Below, in pieces: positions 39,185-52,635 of a stretch of DNA of 64,000 nt. The notes under the pieces are model-generated. The model ran no database searches, was not told the origin of the DNA, and saw only the letters and a list, made by a program, of their open reading frames with translations. The stretch lies in NCBI GenBank assembly GCA_003971905.1, contig RSEE01000001.1, positions 992,001 to 1,056,000 of the forward strand, read 5' to 3'. Source of the DNA: Moniliella sp. 'wahieum'. Taxonomy: Eukaryota. The stretch's first letter is position 1; each line of letters begins with the position of its first letter. The translations under genes and the position numbers were made by a program.

Positions 39185-40580
39185 TTAGGCCTTGTGCTGG
39201 TTGGTCAGCACCTTGGGGGGCTGGTTGTCGCGGGTGAACGAGTCAATGCCAGCGTACGTCGACTCGGGCTCGAGGTGCTCAATGCGGAGCAGCTGGTTGT
39301 ACTTGGCCACACGCTCCGAGCGAGCGGGCGCACCCGACTTGATCAGGCCCGCGCCGAGACCAACGACAAGGTCGGCAATCGACGTGTCCTCCGTCTCACC
39401 CGAGCGGTGCGACACCATGACGGCCCAGCCATCCGACTGGGCGAGCTGCGCAGCCTGGATCGACTCGGAGATGGTGCCAATCTGGTTGATCTTGAGCAGC
39501 AGACCGTTGCACGCCTTCTTCGAGATGGCGTCCTTGATCCGGAGCACGTTGGTCACAGTCAAGTCGTCACCAATGACAGTCACGCCCGCATTAGCGCGGA
39601 AGTGGCTCCAGGCCTCCCAGTCGTCCTGCTCGAAGGGGTCCTCAATCGAGGCAATCGGGTACTTCTTAATGTAGCCAAGGTACACTTCAGCGAGCTCCTT
39701 GCCAGTGAGCCACTTGCTGGGGTCCGAGTTGGGGTTCTTGAAGTCAAGGTCGTACTTGCCGTCCTTGTAGAACTCAGACGAAGCAACGTCGAGAGAGATG
39801 TGGACCTTGCCCGTGTAGCCAGCCTTCTCAATGGCAGCAGTGAGGAGCTCAAGCGCCTCTTCAGCGCCCTCGACGTTGGGGGCAAAGCCACCTTCGTCAC
39901 CCACGTTGGTTGCGTCAATGCCGTACTTGGCCTTGATGACCGACTTGAGGTTGTGGTACACCTCCGTGGCAATTTGCATCGCCTCCGTGAAAGTCTTAGC
40001 CCCCGTGGGGACAATCATGAACTCCTGGTAGGCGAGGCGGTTGCCAGCGTGCTCACCGCCGTTGATAACGTTGCAGGCAATGCTGGGCAAAACGTAGGGG
40101 CCAGTGATGCCAGCCAGCTTGGCGTAGTACTTGTACAGGGGAAGGCCCTCCTCGGCGGCACCGGCCTTGGAGGCAGCCGTCGACACACCGAGGATGGCGT
40201 TGGCACCAAGCTTGCCCTTGTTGGGGGTACCGTCAAGCTTGATCAGGAAGTCGTCAATTGCCTTCTGGTTGGTGACGGGGATGCCCTCCTTAATGAGAGC
40301 GGGGGCAATAATGTCGTTCACGTTGGACACAGCCTTGGTGACGCCCTTGCCCATGTAGGCCTTGCCACCATCACGCAGCTCGACGGCCTCGTGGATGCCA
40401 GTCGACGCACCCGAGGGCACAGCAGCACGGTACAAGCCCTTGTCAGTGACAAGGTCAACCTCGACAGTGGGGTTACCACGCGAGTCGAACTGAATGAAAG
40501 GGTCAGCATCGGCAGAGAAACCAAACAAGACAAGACGTTCCACATACAATCTGGCGGGCGAAGATGCTCTTAATGGACAT
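39185..40580 (-). CDS. ENO1: Enolase
   Basis: [11 protein letters not shown] | intron 40490-40547 | [29 protein letters not shown] and SHRSGETED. Intact frame. Confidence 0.99.
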
Positions 40581-41334
40581 GGCGAATCGGCGTGAGACGA
40601 ACACGGTTGGTGTGGGAAAGAGCTGGTATGAGAAGAGTGCCGCACCAGCTTTTATACGCCAGCAACGATGGGCGCGGTTGTGCGCCTGCCGCACCAGCCC
40701 AGTCCAGCCCCCAGGCGGTCCAGGGGGCCCCTGGGCGCAATCGGAAGCTGAGTGAAGCTCGCCAAGCTGGAGGCCACGAAGGGGGGGACGGCCCATGTGA
40801 GGCCACTGGCCCCGTGCCCCGATCGGACGGTACCCCTGGCCCGTGCGCCCCCTCGTCTGCTCCGGCCCCGTGCGAGGCCGCAGCGGGAAGGTACGCCCCA
40901 CTGGCGCCATGCCAGCGCCAGGATTAATTTCAAACTCCTGGGTGCCAAAATCCGCACCACCTCGGCCAACTCTCGTTCGGTCGTCGAGATTGAATCAAAT
41001 CAGACTCAGCCTCCCTCCAGAACAAAATGCCCCCCCCCCGCCAACGATGGTCCGTCCAGTTGGGCTCTGTCTTGTCCAGCCGCTCTCGCCCCCTTGCCCC
41101 TGCCTCGAGCATCTCGGCTGACTCTGTCCAGGCAAAATCCCATTCATTGTTGGGTGGAGCTCGGAACGAGGCACCGGCCATCAGTGCACACTACACTGTG
41201 CACAGTCGCCCCTCTGCGCAGTTCGCTTCTGCTGACAACACGTTCTGAGCCTGGGCACCTGAGCCTGCCTGAGCATCACACCAGGCTGACAATATCATCC
41301 TGTAAGTTCGGTCACCATCGGGCGCCAGATCTAC

Positions 41335-41790
41335 TTATTCTTCGGATAGGTGCTGCGTGGTTGTGATTATAGCGCTGGCCACCTCTGGCCTGGCAGTCTA
41401 CGTTTTTGGAGCCTTGGTTGGTGGGTGCTCGGCCAAGCAGCACGTGGTGGGACGCGGCACGGGCGACTCGTATGTGGCAGCCAGTGAGGGTGTCGCCCAC
41501 GCTATGGCGCTACGTGAACTGTTGGTGGAGCTTGGTGTTTTTCCGGCAGGTGTTCCTTTTGCGCTTCGATGAGACTCGTCCGTGGCTTTCGTCTTCGCCA
41601 ATACTTGGGGCGGCGCCAAAGGAACGCGCCATCTTCTTGCTCCTCACTAGACGTGAGAGCAACCGAGCGGGTACTGGTTCCCCTGTGCCCATCAAACGTG
41701 TGGACAATGTCTCCGACCTTCACACCAAGAGCCTGGGATACAAAAGGTCTTGGAGCCGCTGCGACAGCGACTTGGGTCCTATTCCTGATA
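41335..41790 (+). mobile_element. Decayed Ty1/Copia retrotransposon RNase H fragment
   Basis: TSGLAVYVFGALVGGCSAKQHVV..YVAASEG..LRELLVELG..*DSSVA..GTRHL..RE..DNVSDLHTKSLG follows the Copia RNase H consensus (STSGY..SW.SKKQ..EY..LL.EL..DN..RTKHI..N.AD..TK.L), with stops and a frameshift. Confidence 0.85.
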
Positions 41791-44246
41791 TCCCCCCACC
41801 TGGCCACTCCGGGGCTTAGGTTTTGGCGGCGATTGAGCTGGAGAGCTTTTGAGGGAAACCGTCGGTACCGTCCTTGGGCTGGTGGGGATGTGACGCCACA
41901 CGGGTGTGGTAGTGTGCGCGGTATAGCCCAAGCCCGGATCCTTCCGGTGCATTCCTTCTTCCAATATATTCCTTCTAGGAGGGCAGCAATTATTCTCTAG
42001 CCTCTGTAGCTGATATGTAAAATGCAATCTACCAAGTGCCTCCTCTCGGTCTTCTACACGTGCTAAATACACAGAGCTGTCGGACGCGAGAGATGCTCAT
42101 TTCAGTAGTGAGGAGAAGGTGCACTAGACTCTGATCCGATGACTTGTTTTAGTTTTCCCGCCACGAAATGAATGTGGCGCACAGCTGGTATATATTTAGC
42201 GGTATAGATATACTAGCGCTCTTGCATTCAACGAGGAAGTGCCATCTTTTCTTCCAGCCATGCTGCTTTTCGCAGGCATCACACCTCCTTTTCCCTCTTG
42301 ACACGTGTCAGAATTTACTTGCAAGTCGGGTTTTGTTACGGGCTGCGGTGGACCCGAGATGGTCCGAGATCCAAGCTAAGGCCCACCTGCTCCGCACACA
42401 TGCCCACAGTAAAGCGTGCTCCCCATCCCAACCAAGTGCGATGACGGGGTTGGTTAAATTATGTATACCGTGGCCCGAAGGGCCATGCATCCGCACGACA
42501 ATAGTCGGCCACCGCTCAAGTCCAAGTCGGCCGGCCGAAATGAAGCCACTGAGCTTCCGGTATCCTTGCAACGACTGTCGCCTCAGTCCCTGTCTCGTTT
42601 TCATTTCCCGGTCGCGCCTGCGGCGACCAACCCCCACTCTTTTGACTTGTCTTCCTTTCTACAATCTAGCCAATTGATCCAGTACAGGCAGCCTCCTCTT
42701 GTGTTAGCTCCTGACTCCTCTTCCGACGTCGTTCTCCAGCACTCCATCAGCCCAATGGCGCGAGCCTTCCTTCAGCCGCATCGATTTCCTGTCCCTGTCT
42801 GGTCTCAGTTAAGGCAGTGTTTGACCGCCACTGCCTCCTCCCGCCCCTAAGTCCCGGAGGCTTCATCAGACACGTTACTACGGCCCAAGCCGGTGCAGAC
42901 GCAGCCTTGCCACACGTGCACAGCCGCCCCACCAAAGGCCTCTCCTCGTTCCTAGCTCCGCTCGGATCCACCAACTAGTCTAAGCCCGAAACTACCGTGA
43001 GTTGACTTACCGTCTCCTAAGGGATCGTACCCCCAAACCCCGGGCGACCTCCCTGGCGGGGCCCGCCCCGTGACAGGTCTATAAACAGGAGGAGGAAAAC
43101 CGACAACAAAAGAGTATATAGCCGGACAGCTTTTTCCTCAACGCCCTTGATAAGCAGCCTGAGTGGGGGCGTCATCAGTGCTGCTGCTGCTCGTAGCAAC
43201 GAGGTTCCTTTCACCAATATATGTTGTCGGTCAATATAACAGCTCGTGCGGGTTTTTAAATTGGGGGTGTATATATTGCAGGGCGTCCCGACCAGGTCAC
43301 AGAATCTGTCACGATGCCACGATGCCCCATGGCGCATGTCACACCTGGTCACCATAATGCATAATGCATAACACCGTCACGCATCACGTGGCTATCAAAC
43401 GCTGTGACGAGCCGGCGCCTGATGGCAGTGGTGGCGGCCTCGGAGTGCTGTGCTGCCCAGAGACCGCGAGCGCGAGCTAGCGCTTCGCGCTTATTAGCGC
43501 TTAGCTAGCCACTAGGTCACTGTACGGGTAACCGGTACGAGGTACCTAGGTACCCAGGCACTGATCGTGCTGATGCATGATGTATGGTGAATGATGCAAT
43601 GATGTTAACCGAGTAACCACTGTAACTGCGTGCTGAGTCTCAGCACTGAGCGAGTACAAGTACTGAGTACTGACATGCGGTGTATATGATAGTGGAGGTG
43701 CTGAGGCGGGGCGCTGAAGCAGCGTGGCCTGGATCGAAGCTGGATCCTAGAACAGCAGCAGCGAACAGCCAGTCGCAGCCACCGTCCAGCGTCCCCCAGC
43801 ACCAGTGTTGGGCATGAATGGGGGGCGCACGGCGCACTCCAGTGAGCGAGTCAGGCCACAGGACGCTGTGTTGTCGGCTGCGACGCACTGCCCAACAGGC
43901 GGTCGCTGCGTGCAGCCGCTCAGCCGGAGCGCTCATCTCAGCGCGCTCAGGCCAGGACTTGTGACAAAAGTACGCTCGTACCTACACAGCACCGGTCACA
44001 GCGTTCACAGTGCTGCTGCTGCGCTGCGTGCGCTCCCTGCCTGCGGCTGCGTGCTGGCGCACAGAGCAGGCAGCATGCACTGCCCCCGCACTGCCTCCCT
44101 GCTGCTTGCCAGCCATGCGATGCATGTGATGCGGGCGGTTGACGATGCCCAGCACAGAGCTCTCCACACGCTCTGTGGTCTGCTTCCCCGCCCAGTTGCT
44201 CGCTCTTGCCACCCCTCGTCACGCCTACTTTCGTCCCACCACCAGC

Positions 44247-46172
44247 ATGCCCCCGCATCCTTCTGTCCCCTCCAACCTGACCCATGAGTTTGCCGAGCTC
44301 AACCCATTTCGTGAGCGCGGCGACGAGGGCGGCGAGGAGCAAGGCAGCTTAGTGCAGGCGACCTCCATTGGCGGCGGCGGCCGTCGCTTTGGCCCGCAAC
44401 ACGAGCGCGATCTCGCCGCGATCCATCAAGCCAACCCAGCCACACCGCTCCCCAAGCACCTTCTCCCCGTCAGCTATGCCCTGCGTCAGATCCTCTCTAC
44501 CACCCTGGGTCTGTTGTCGCCGGCCGATGTAGGCCCGGATGAAGAAGGCGCCGTTCCGTCCCCAGGCTCTCCGAACTCCTTGCCCGCCCGAGGTTCACGT
44601 GCCGGCTGCAGTGACCGACCCGCGCCATCCGATCTCATCCTACTTTATCTCGAGCAGCCACAACACCTACCTCATTGGACAGCAGCTGATGGGAAAGAGT
44701 AGCGCTTTGGGTATGCGCATGTGCTTCGAGCGGGTGCCCACTGTGTCGAGATTGATGCGTGGGACAATGAGAAGGACGCAAGCGAGCCCAAAGTGACCCA
44801 TGGAATGACGCTCGTCTCCCATATTCCGTATCGCTCTGTGCTCCAGACGATCCGCCAAGAACTGGACCAGGCCCAATCCAAACTCCCCCCCGGCGAGCTC
44901 CAGCCACCACTGCTGGTCAGTCTCGAGTGTCACTGTTCCCCCCATGGTCAAGAACGACTTGTGGCCATTGCTAAAGAAGAGCTGGGGTCCCGTCTGGCCT
45001 ATTTGCCCAAGGACGATCCAGCAAAGAACACGCTAGCGGACTTGGCTGGGCGCGTGATTTACCTGGTAGAATGGTATGGGAAGGATGAGACGCCTGAAGA
45101 AGAGCAAGGAGGAGGTGGAAGAGGAAGAGGGCAATGAGCCCAAAGAGAAGGATCCACGCCCCCGTACCAAGGTAAAGATTATCCCCGAGCTGCAAGCGTT
45201 GGGGTTGTACGCCAACTCGATCAAGCCCAAGGGTAATGTATGGCTGAAGGGCGGACTTGCAGAGCCTGAGAACCATTTAATCAACATCGGAGAAGGAGCA
45301 ATTGCTACCATCATCAAGAACGACAGTCCGGACTTGACGGCCCACAGTACGTTGTTACTCTCATTCTTCTCATGGCCAAAATGGCGCGAGTGGTGTCTAA
45401 CCTTCATGATAGATTGCCAGAATTTGGTACGGGGTCTACCCAGCAGGGACGCGGATCACGTCTCACAACTTGTACCCGATCGACATTTGGAATTCGGGCG
45501 CGCAAATTGCCGCACTCAACTGGCAGACGTTTGACGCGAGCCTACAATTGAATGACGCGTTGTTTGCAGGGACGAACGGGTTTGTGCTCAAGCCGGCGCA
45601 CTTGCGCACCGATGAGGCGGGACATGTCCCCATCCAGATCACGAAGACTGGCGAAAGTGCAGCTGAAAATCCATGTGGTAGGCGCAAAGCAACCTGCCCT
45701 TTCCGCGTGGCCACACCGACGACTCCTTGCGTCCGTACGTGACGGCGTCACTGTACCACCCGGATTACCCTAAGGGCAAACCGCACAAATCCAAGACCTC
45801 TGTCTACCATAAGCACCATGGCCTCGGCACCCTGCTGGGCGTCCATCACCACCCGCCCCCACCCGCCCCCTCACGAGCCGTCTGGGACGAGACGTTGGAA
45901 TGGGAGTATAATGCGCAAGGGGCGGATCTTACCATGGTCCGTTTACTGGTCAAGTCGGACGACCGGTTTTCTCGCAATCCTCTGTTTGCGGTAACCTCGA
46001 TCCGTGTGGCCTACGCGCCTACGGGTACGTGACCCCCTTCTGTTCCCCACGTTCTTCATCTGACCCTACTCTGCACTTTGTTTCCAGACTATGTCTTCCT
46101 CCGTCTTCTCGATCTCTCAGGTACAGAGACGGATGCCACCATTCTTGCCCGCTCCAGGTCAATGCGGCCTAG
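44247..46172 (+). CDS. Phosphoinositide-specific phospholipase C (X-box, Y-box, C2)
   Basis: YFISSSHNTYL, CVEIDAWD, VTHG, LVSLECHC, GTRITSHN, WNSGAQIAALNWQTFD and GFVLKP, followed by a C2 domain. Two introns, indels present. Confidence 0.92.
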
Positions 46173-47132
46173 TAGGACGGCTCGCATTGTGGCCCCAAGA
46201 GGTGCTCGGTTGTCCTTGGTTCGGATTAGTATTGTTCCCTGTAGTGTTCCTGTATCATGCTAATCGTATGTGCATAGCCATGATCGGTCCGTAGGTGCTT
46301 CCACAGTGTTGCATTTTTGCAAGCGCATCCAACATGGATGGAATGGGGCGCAGCCGCCCTGTTGATTCTAGGGACTGGAACAAGGCCCGTGTCGACAGAG
46401 GTCCCAAGTTAACTGGTAAGAACAATGAAAGGGCGGCAACAGAGCAAAAAAATATAGGCCTAAGAGAGATGAAGAGAAACGAACTGACAGTGATGCTGCC
46501 CCTTGCTCTCGACAGCGAAAGGAGAGACAGCTGCTGTGTGGTGTAGAGTGGGCACAGCGAAGAGAAAGTATAGCGCATCCAAAGAAAATGACAGGCATTG
46601 AATCGCCATGAACCAAGACCGTCCACATACTCAGCTAGGGGCTTCTAGATCTGTTTTTGAAGAAGAAACCTCACCGGAGCGCTGGGCCGCCTACTGCGCC
46701 AGGCCTCATGTGCATCACGAGCGCGGCAGACGCTCAACTGGAGGACTAAAGTACAGTGCTTCGCATGGCCTGGTGCGAGCTTCCTGTTAACGTGGGGAAA
46801 GGACAGGGATGAAATATGAAAGTTGGAATCGTCGGCGGCCGTTCGATCCCAACCCTATTGCAGGAGGAGCGCCTGCGGCGGCCAACCCTACCGCCACAAG
46901 GGACAGCGGCGCTGTGCTGGCTGCGCGTGCTCAGCGGGTCGTCACGCGTCAGGCGGAGGGAAGGCCGCTGGGCCAACCAGTCGGACTGCTTCTGCCGGGT
47001 GGGGAGCGGCGTGCTCGTCGCTGCCAAGCCCATCTCACCCGCGCTCTGGTACGTGTCTCGTTGGGCGGCGGTCCTGCTGCCTCCGACCCGCGCGCTGTTC
47101 TTGCTGACCCCGTAGTGTTGCCCCAGCCCACC

Positions 47133-47715
47133 ATGTCGGTGTCCACCAAGATTTTCCGCTCGGCCAACGCGCCCACCACGGCGCCCTCGGAGATCGAAAC
47201 GTCGGTTGCCCAGGCTCTGCTGGACCTGGAGACGAATGTGTCGGAGCTGACGGCGGAGCTGCGTCCGTTGCAGATCTCGTCGGTGAAGGAGGTGGAGACC
47301 AAGGCGGGCAAGAAGGCGATTGTGGTGTTTGTGCCCATGCCGCAGCTCAAGGCGTTCCACAAGATCCAGGTGCGCCTGGTTCGCGAGTTGGAGAAGAAGT
47401 TCTCCGATCGCCACGTCGTCGTCATCGGCCAGCGTCGCATTCTCCGTAAGCCCGCCCGTGCCGAGGGCACCAAGCAGCCCCGCCCGCGCTCGCGCACCTT
47501 GACGGCCGTGCACGACGCGATCCTGGAGGACCTCGCTTTCCCCGGACATTGTCGCGCGCCGGACCCGCTTTGCCGTGGACGGATCCAAGTTGATCAAGTG
47601 CTTCCTCGATGCGAAGGACCTCACCGCGCTCGAGTACAAGACCGAGTCGTTCAGCGCCGTGTACAAGCAGCTGACGGGCAAGGAGGTGGTGTTCTCCTTT
47701 GCCGAGAGCAACTAA
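47133..47715 (+). CDS. RPS7: 40S ribosomal protein eS7
   Basis: [68 protein letters not shown]. One indel near 47543. Confidence 0.97.
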
Positions 47716-48527
47716 CCAAAACAGAGCTTGCTTGCGCGGGTAGGAGCCAAGGAGAAATCGGGCGCCTCACGCAGGCGCCCCCCCTGCCCGCCTTCACGTC
47801 TCCTTCTCGCCCGGGTGTCCTCGCTCCTCGCTCGGACCACATCGCGCCCGTCCTGGTCCTCGCCGGGGCTAGGGGAGGAAGAGAGGCAGTGGTCCCCCCT
47901 TGCGTGCACCCGCTCACCGCAGAGGAACTTGCCCCTCCATGTCCTCGTGTGGGATTCACGTTTCATTCACCTGTCGGTCCCCTTCCATGCACACTCAAAA
48001 TTCATCGTCTCCTGAGACCCCATCTTGGCCCTTGTCTGCTTACCTTTGTATAGGATCCTGTGGTCTGCTCTGCCTCACAGGTGACGCTGTGCCTCTTTGT
48101 GCCCACGCGCGGACGCAATCCCCAAGTGGGTCGAAACGGGGGCACGACAGGTAGAGACAGCTTGCGAGGGAAAGGAGCACAGGGGGGTGAAAGATGGGCG
48201 CGCTTCATCTTGTTCCTTCGCGCTAGAAAATGGGAGTAGGGGATCAACAAAGATAGTACCATGCTTTGCTTAGAGGGGAACTACCTAACGGGCCTGAGAG
48301 GGTGAATTCGTGGCATCCAACATCACGCATCAGCAGGGATCGTTCGAACCAAGAAAGATGGAACAGGCTCGCTGGCAAGGTGGGAAGCACAATGGGACAG
48401 ACTGGACTGACTGGGAAAACACAATCTAAACGATGACAGATGACGAAGACAAAACACAAGGACCTAAAGGACCAAACCGAGGACCGAGCAGAGTAGACTG
48501 AAGATTATATGAACGCATGGCGGTGGG

Positions 48528-51500
48528 TCAGACGAGGGAGCACATGAGGCGCGGGGGGGGGGAAGCTAGAAAGAGCGTGCGACGACAAAGGGAAGTAGAG
48601 AGGGGGACAGCGCACGGGCACTGAGATCGAGAGCGCAACCAGCCCCGTAGATCTCGATCGCAGATCAAACCAAACAAATGGGCTGGAGTGGGGTACGGTT
48701 CCGATTCAATACTCATCCCAGCTCAGAACGCAGCGGTGGAGTTGGCACAGTCCCTTTCGCTCATCGATAGCCCTCCTACCGAACTAGAAGGACGGCGGTA
48801 AATGTCTCGAGGAAAGGGGCGAAGAGGTCGGTAGGGGGGGCTCGTGGAGGGTCACGGCCGGTACACCAACAAGCAAACCGGGAAAGGTCCAGTTCCATCG
48901 TTGGGTAGGGGCGCGGCTGGAGCCCCACGGTCGAGAGCGAGGTGGGGTGGGTCATCGAGGCCCGACGCTGGGGCGTGAAGTGCGTTTCGACGGTAGGGAG
49001 CGGGACGGTGGGCATGGGGGTACTGCGGAAAGTGAATTCGCGGAACCCGTCGGCAAGCACCGAAGTGGTCTTGGCCTGAAGAGGGAGTATGGGGCTAGAG
49101 AATGTGCTGGAAGAGTAGGGCAGGTCGTTCCTGTCTGACGAGAGGGGCGAAACGAACAGGGGTGGCGAGCCAAGAGCTGTCGTGGTGGCTAGGGAAGAAG
49201 CGGCGACACCAAGTTGGGTCTGATAGTCGGATACGGACCGTGTCATTGGCGTTTGCGGATCCTTCTTTTCCAGATGATCAGTCGGCGTCTGAAGCAGGGG
49301 AACGGGAGTGGGAGGCAGACTGCTTTCGAGTGGCGAAGAGATTGGCGCCTCGGAGCGCAGTGCCCAAATCCCAGTGTCCACACCGGACACGCCTCCTGGG
49401 CGTGGCATGCTCAAGGTAGACGGCGTACCAGTCGCGGTCTTCTTCTGACCAGTACCTTCTGGGCAAGGGCCGATGGCACGGGGGGTGGGTGAGACCGAGA
49501 GTTTAGTTGGATACGCAGTACCGTTCGGATCCCGTGAAGCAGTGGACAGGACACGTTTTCGCAGAGTGGGTGCAGCCAACAGGTTGGCGTGTTGCGATGA
49601 GACGGAGTCATGGCCTGGGAGCAAGGGAAGCGGAGACAAGATGTCATGCCAGCATGGATTCCTTGGGCGGAAAGTGAGTGGGACAAAGCCTGTGGCGTGG
49701 TCGGGTCAAATGGCGCCCTCCCGACCGCATGAGAAGACTGCAGATGCTCAGGTGCACTGGGTGAATGTGCCATACAGGGCGCTCCGAACCCGGGCGCAAC
49801 CGGATTGGGAGGGAGATGGAGCATGCGAGCGTGAGCGGGTGGGGCGGCGTGTCCTGTACTGGGTAAACCAGGGGCAAACAACGCCGGTGACGCCGGTGAC
49901 GAGCCCATGAATTGGGGATACTGCATTGGGTACGGTGGAGCCGGGAGGGTACAGGCCATCTGCTTCCTTCCATCCACCCAATCCAGCGGTGAAATGCCTG
50001 TGTCGGTGGGAGAGGTTATGAGCGAGATTCGCGGGGTAGGGACGAGCGGTGAGCTTTTTTCTACGCACTCCATGTCCCAGACCAAGACCAGCCTCACTGT
50101 GCCCACCCTCTGGCCGGGTGGGGTCAAGGCATCATGTCCTTCAGTCAACACTTTGCGCGATTGTGGCAGCACGCGTTCATCCGCCACAAGAAACTCTTGA
50201 ATCATAGTAATACCAGCAACGGCCATACCCAGTGCAGCACGTTCACTCGGTTCCTTTCCTTCCAAACGTGGGTGATTCGTTTCCGGACGATAAAGGAATG
50301 GGGTGACTGCGGCTCAGCAGGTCGGCCCAGAAGTCGGTGGCAACGGGGCAAAGTGCTCAAAGCAGTGCGGGAGAGCATCTGTGCTGGGGGTGGGTGGGAG
50401 TGAGATACGCCGAGGCGGTTCCAGCGGCTCGATCAGAGCGAGAATTGCTTGCCGTGGGAAAAAACGGTGGTGACGGAGGTCAATCGTTCATCCGAAATGC
50501 TAGTGAGGGTGAGTTTCGTGCTGAACTGGTCAAAGGCGGACAGGAGGGCATCGTCGTCATGCGGGATGCTCAAGGGAGCATGAAGGTGCAAAAAGGGACA
50601 GGACAGCTTTTCAAACATGTGTCTCAAGTGGGGGTAGCGTATTTGGCCCAAGTGGACCGTGCTGATAGGCTTGCTGGCAGCAACCACGCTTGAGATGGGC
50701 TCTTCCACCCCCTTGTCCATCTGAAGATAGGTGTGCCGCGCATCAGTCTCGCTGCTGTGAACCCACATGGAAAAGTTGGTGGGAATGATGGAAGGCATGT
50801 TCTTGGGCAAAGGGGGAGCAGTCAAGGTAGGGTCCGTGATAGAGTGGACGTTGCCATGCAAAGAATCACTGATTGCTTCCCACCCTGGCAGACCGTATGG
50901 CCCGCTTAACGCGCCGTAGCCTGCACTGGCCAGCATCAGTAAGTACATCGCCCCCCCGCCTGGGACGTAAAAGTCATCCTCCGAGGTGGGCTCCGCAATC
51001 AGATTCAAGAATTCGGCATCGTTCTTGCGCACATGCTTGAGGACTTGGATGTGACTGGAGACTTGCTTGCGGGAACGTTGTTTGCCCGTTTTCCGCTGAA
51101 TGTGGTCGGCAATCAGCTCGTTCCGACCACACGCCTTGCCATGGACCAGCACTTTGCGGCGGCCCAGCTTGGGAAGGAAGCGAAGAGCTGCAAGGACAAC
51201 GAGTCAGTCATGAGTCCATTCCAGGAATCCATACCAAGGTGTGTGCTCTTACCTTCCCAAAACGCCACTTCCACATCATCTGGCCAAACGTCCGTGGTTT
51301 TTGATGCGGCCGCTGCCTGGTTCGCAGGCGAGGTCGTCTTCCGGCATTCCACCGCCTGGCAGACGGGGTAGGCACAGGAAATCTGTCAGGATCAGTCGTA
51401 TCCGAGGGAGAGATGTTGATGCCGAGCGAGGCAGCGCTGCATGACGGAGATGTGAGGGCAAAGCGTTGCAACCCGTCTCCGGGGAGGACTCCTCTTGCAT

Positions 51501-51765
51501 TCCGGACGCAGCGCCCAGCCGCTCAGGATGCTTGGGCGAGTTGAAGGAGGCAGATAACACGTGGTGGGATGTGTGGAGAGAAGATGGAGGCGAGGCGATG
51601 TGGGCCGTCAAGCGCGGGGGCGAGTGGATGATGCGGGAGCTAGGAAGAGGAGGGCACCTATCCTCATCGTCGTCCTCCTTCGCAACAGCGCCAGCAGCGC
51701 GAGGCGGAGGGGGCGTGGAGGGAGGGGGGAGGCCGGGTGAAGGGGGCAGGCCCGACAGCAAGCAT
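48528..51765 (-). CDS. TEA/ATTS-domain transcription factor (Tec1/AbaA family)
   Basis: DVWPDDVEVAFWE|ALR..PKLGRRKVLVHGKACGRNELIADHIQRKTGKQRSRKQVSSHIQVLK. Both ends approximate. Confidence 0.9.
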
Positions 51766-52635
51766 GCGGAGTGGCGATGGGGCAGAGCGATGGAGAGTCG
51801 ATGGGTTGTTGTGAGTAGTGGTGTCGACGGCGGCCAGGCCGAGGGTGTTGCTCTGGCCAGGCGTGGTGTGGCGTTGGAAATGGGATCTGGGATGGTAGGT
51901 CGGATATAGCGCGGACGGCAATGCTACCCAAGCGCTCGAAAGCACTGCGGCCTGGTGCGGAGTCTGTGCCTGAGGCCTGAGTTCCACTTGGCCCTCTCGT
52001 TGTACTTAGTCACTGTTACACCGGTGGCTGTGGTGGGCCAGGGTGGGCTGGGCGGATGGCACCAGAGGGGCAGTGTGGATGAGCCCAAGCATGCAACTCA
52101 TCCTCCCTGGTCCCTTTTTGTCCCTCGTATGTGCGTACTCGCGACGTAGGACTCAGAACGCAGGACTCAGTAACACTCAGGAGGACTCCGGCCTCCGGGC
52201 TAACTCAGGGTGCTACTCAACCACTCAACGTTCAACTCAGTTCCTCAGTCTCAGGGCCCCAGGTGCTCTCAGTACTCTCATCAGTTGCATCAGTACTCAG
52301 TGTACTCAGTGCGCTCCGTACTCTCAATACTCACTAGTCGGCAACCATGACACGCGACACGCGTGGCAATCACATGTTCGTCACGTGCGTAGGCAGGGGC
52401 TGTCTCGATATGCGTGCACTCTCGGACCCAGGACGCAGGTTATACTTTTTCGCTTGCGCTGGCTCGAAACAGGATATACTCCCCTCTCGGATCCAGGCTT
52501 GGGTGCGTAGCTATGTGTTGTGCATAGGATGTTGAAGCACACTTCATGATTGCATGATTACACACCCACCCACCCTGCACATGCTCTCTACGCCGAGTAT
52601 GCCCAAAGGGAAAGAAGATGAAAGGAAGCCACCGG

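Noticed and set aside
39194..40573. 459-aa antisense ORF over enolase
   Set aside because: Expected shadow of strong codon bias in a highly expressed GC-rich gene, with no independent protein features.
46746..47711. 321-aa antisense ORF over RPS7, and the long N-terminal extension of the RPS7 ORF from 46809
   Set aside because: Shadow ORF and read-through of promoter and UTR-intron sequence. eS7 homology starts at 47133.
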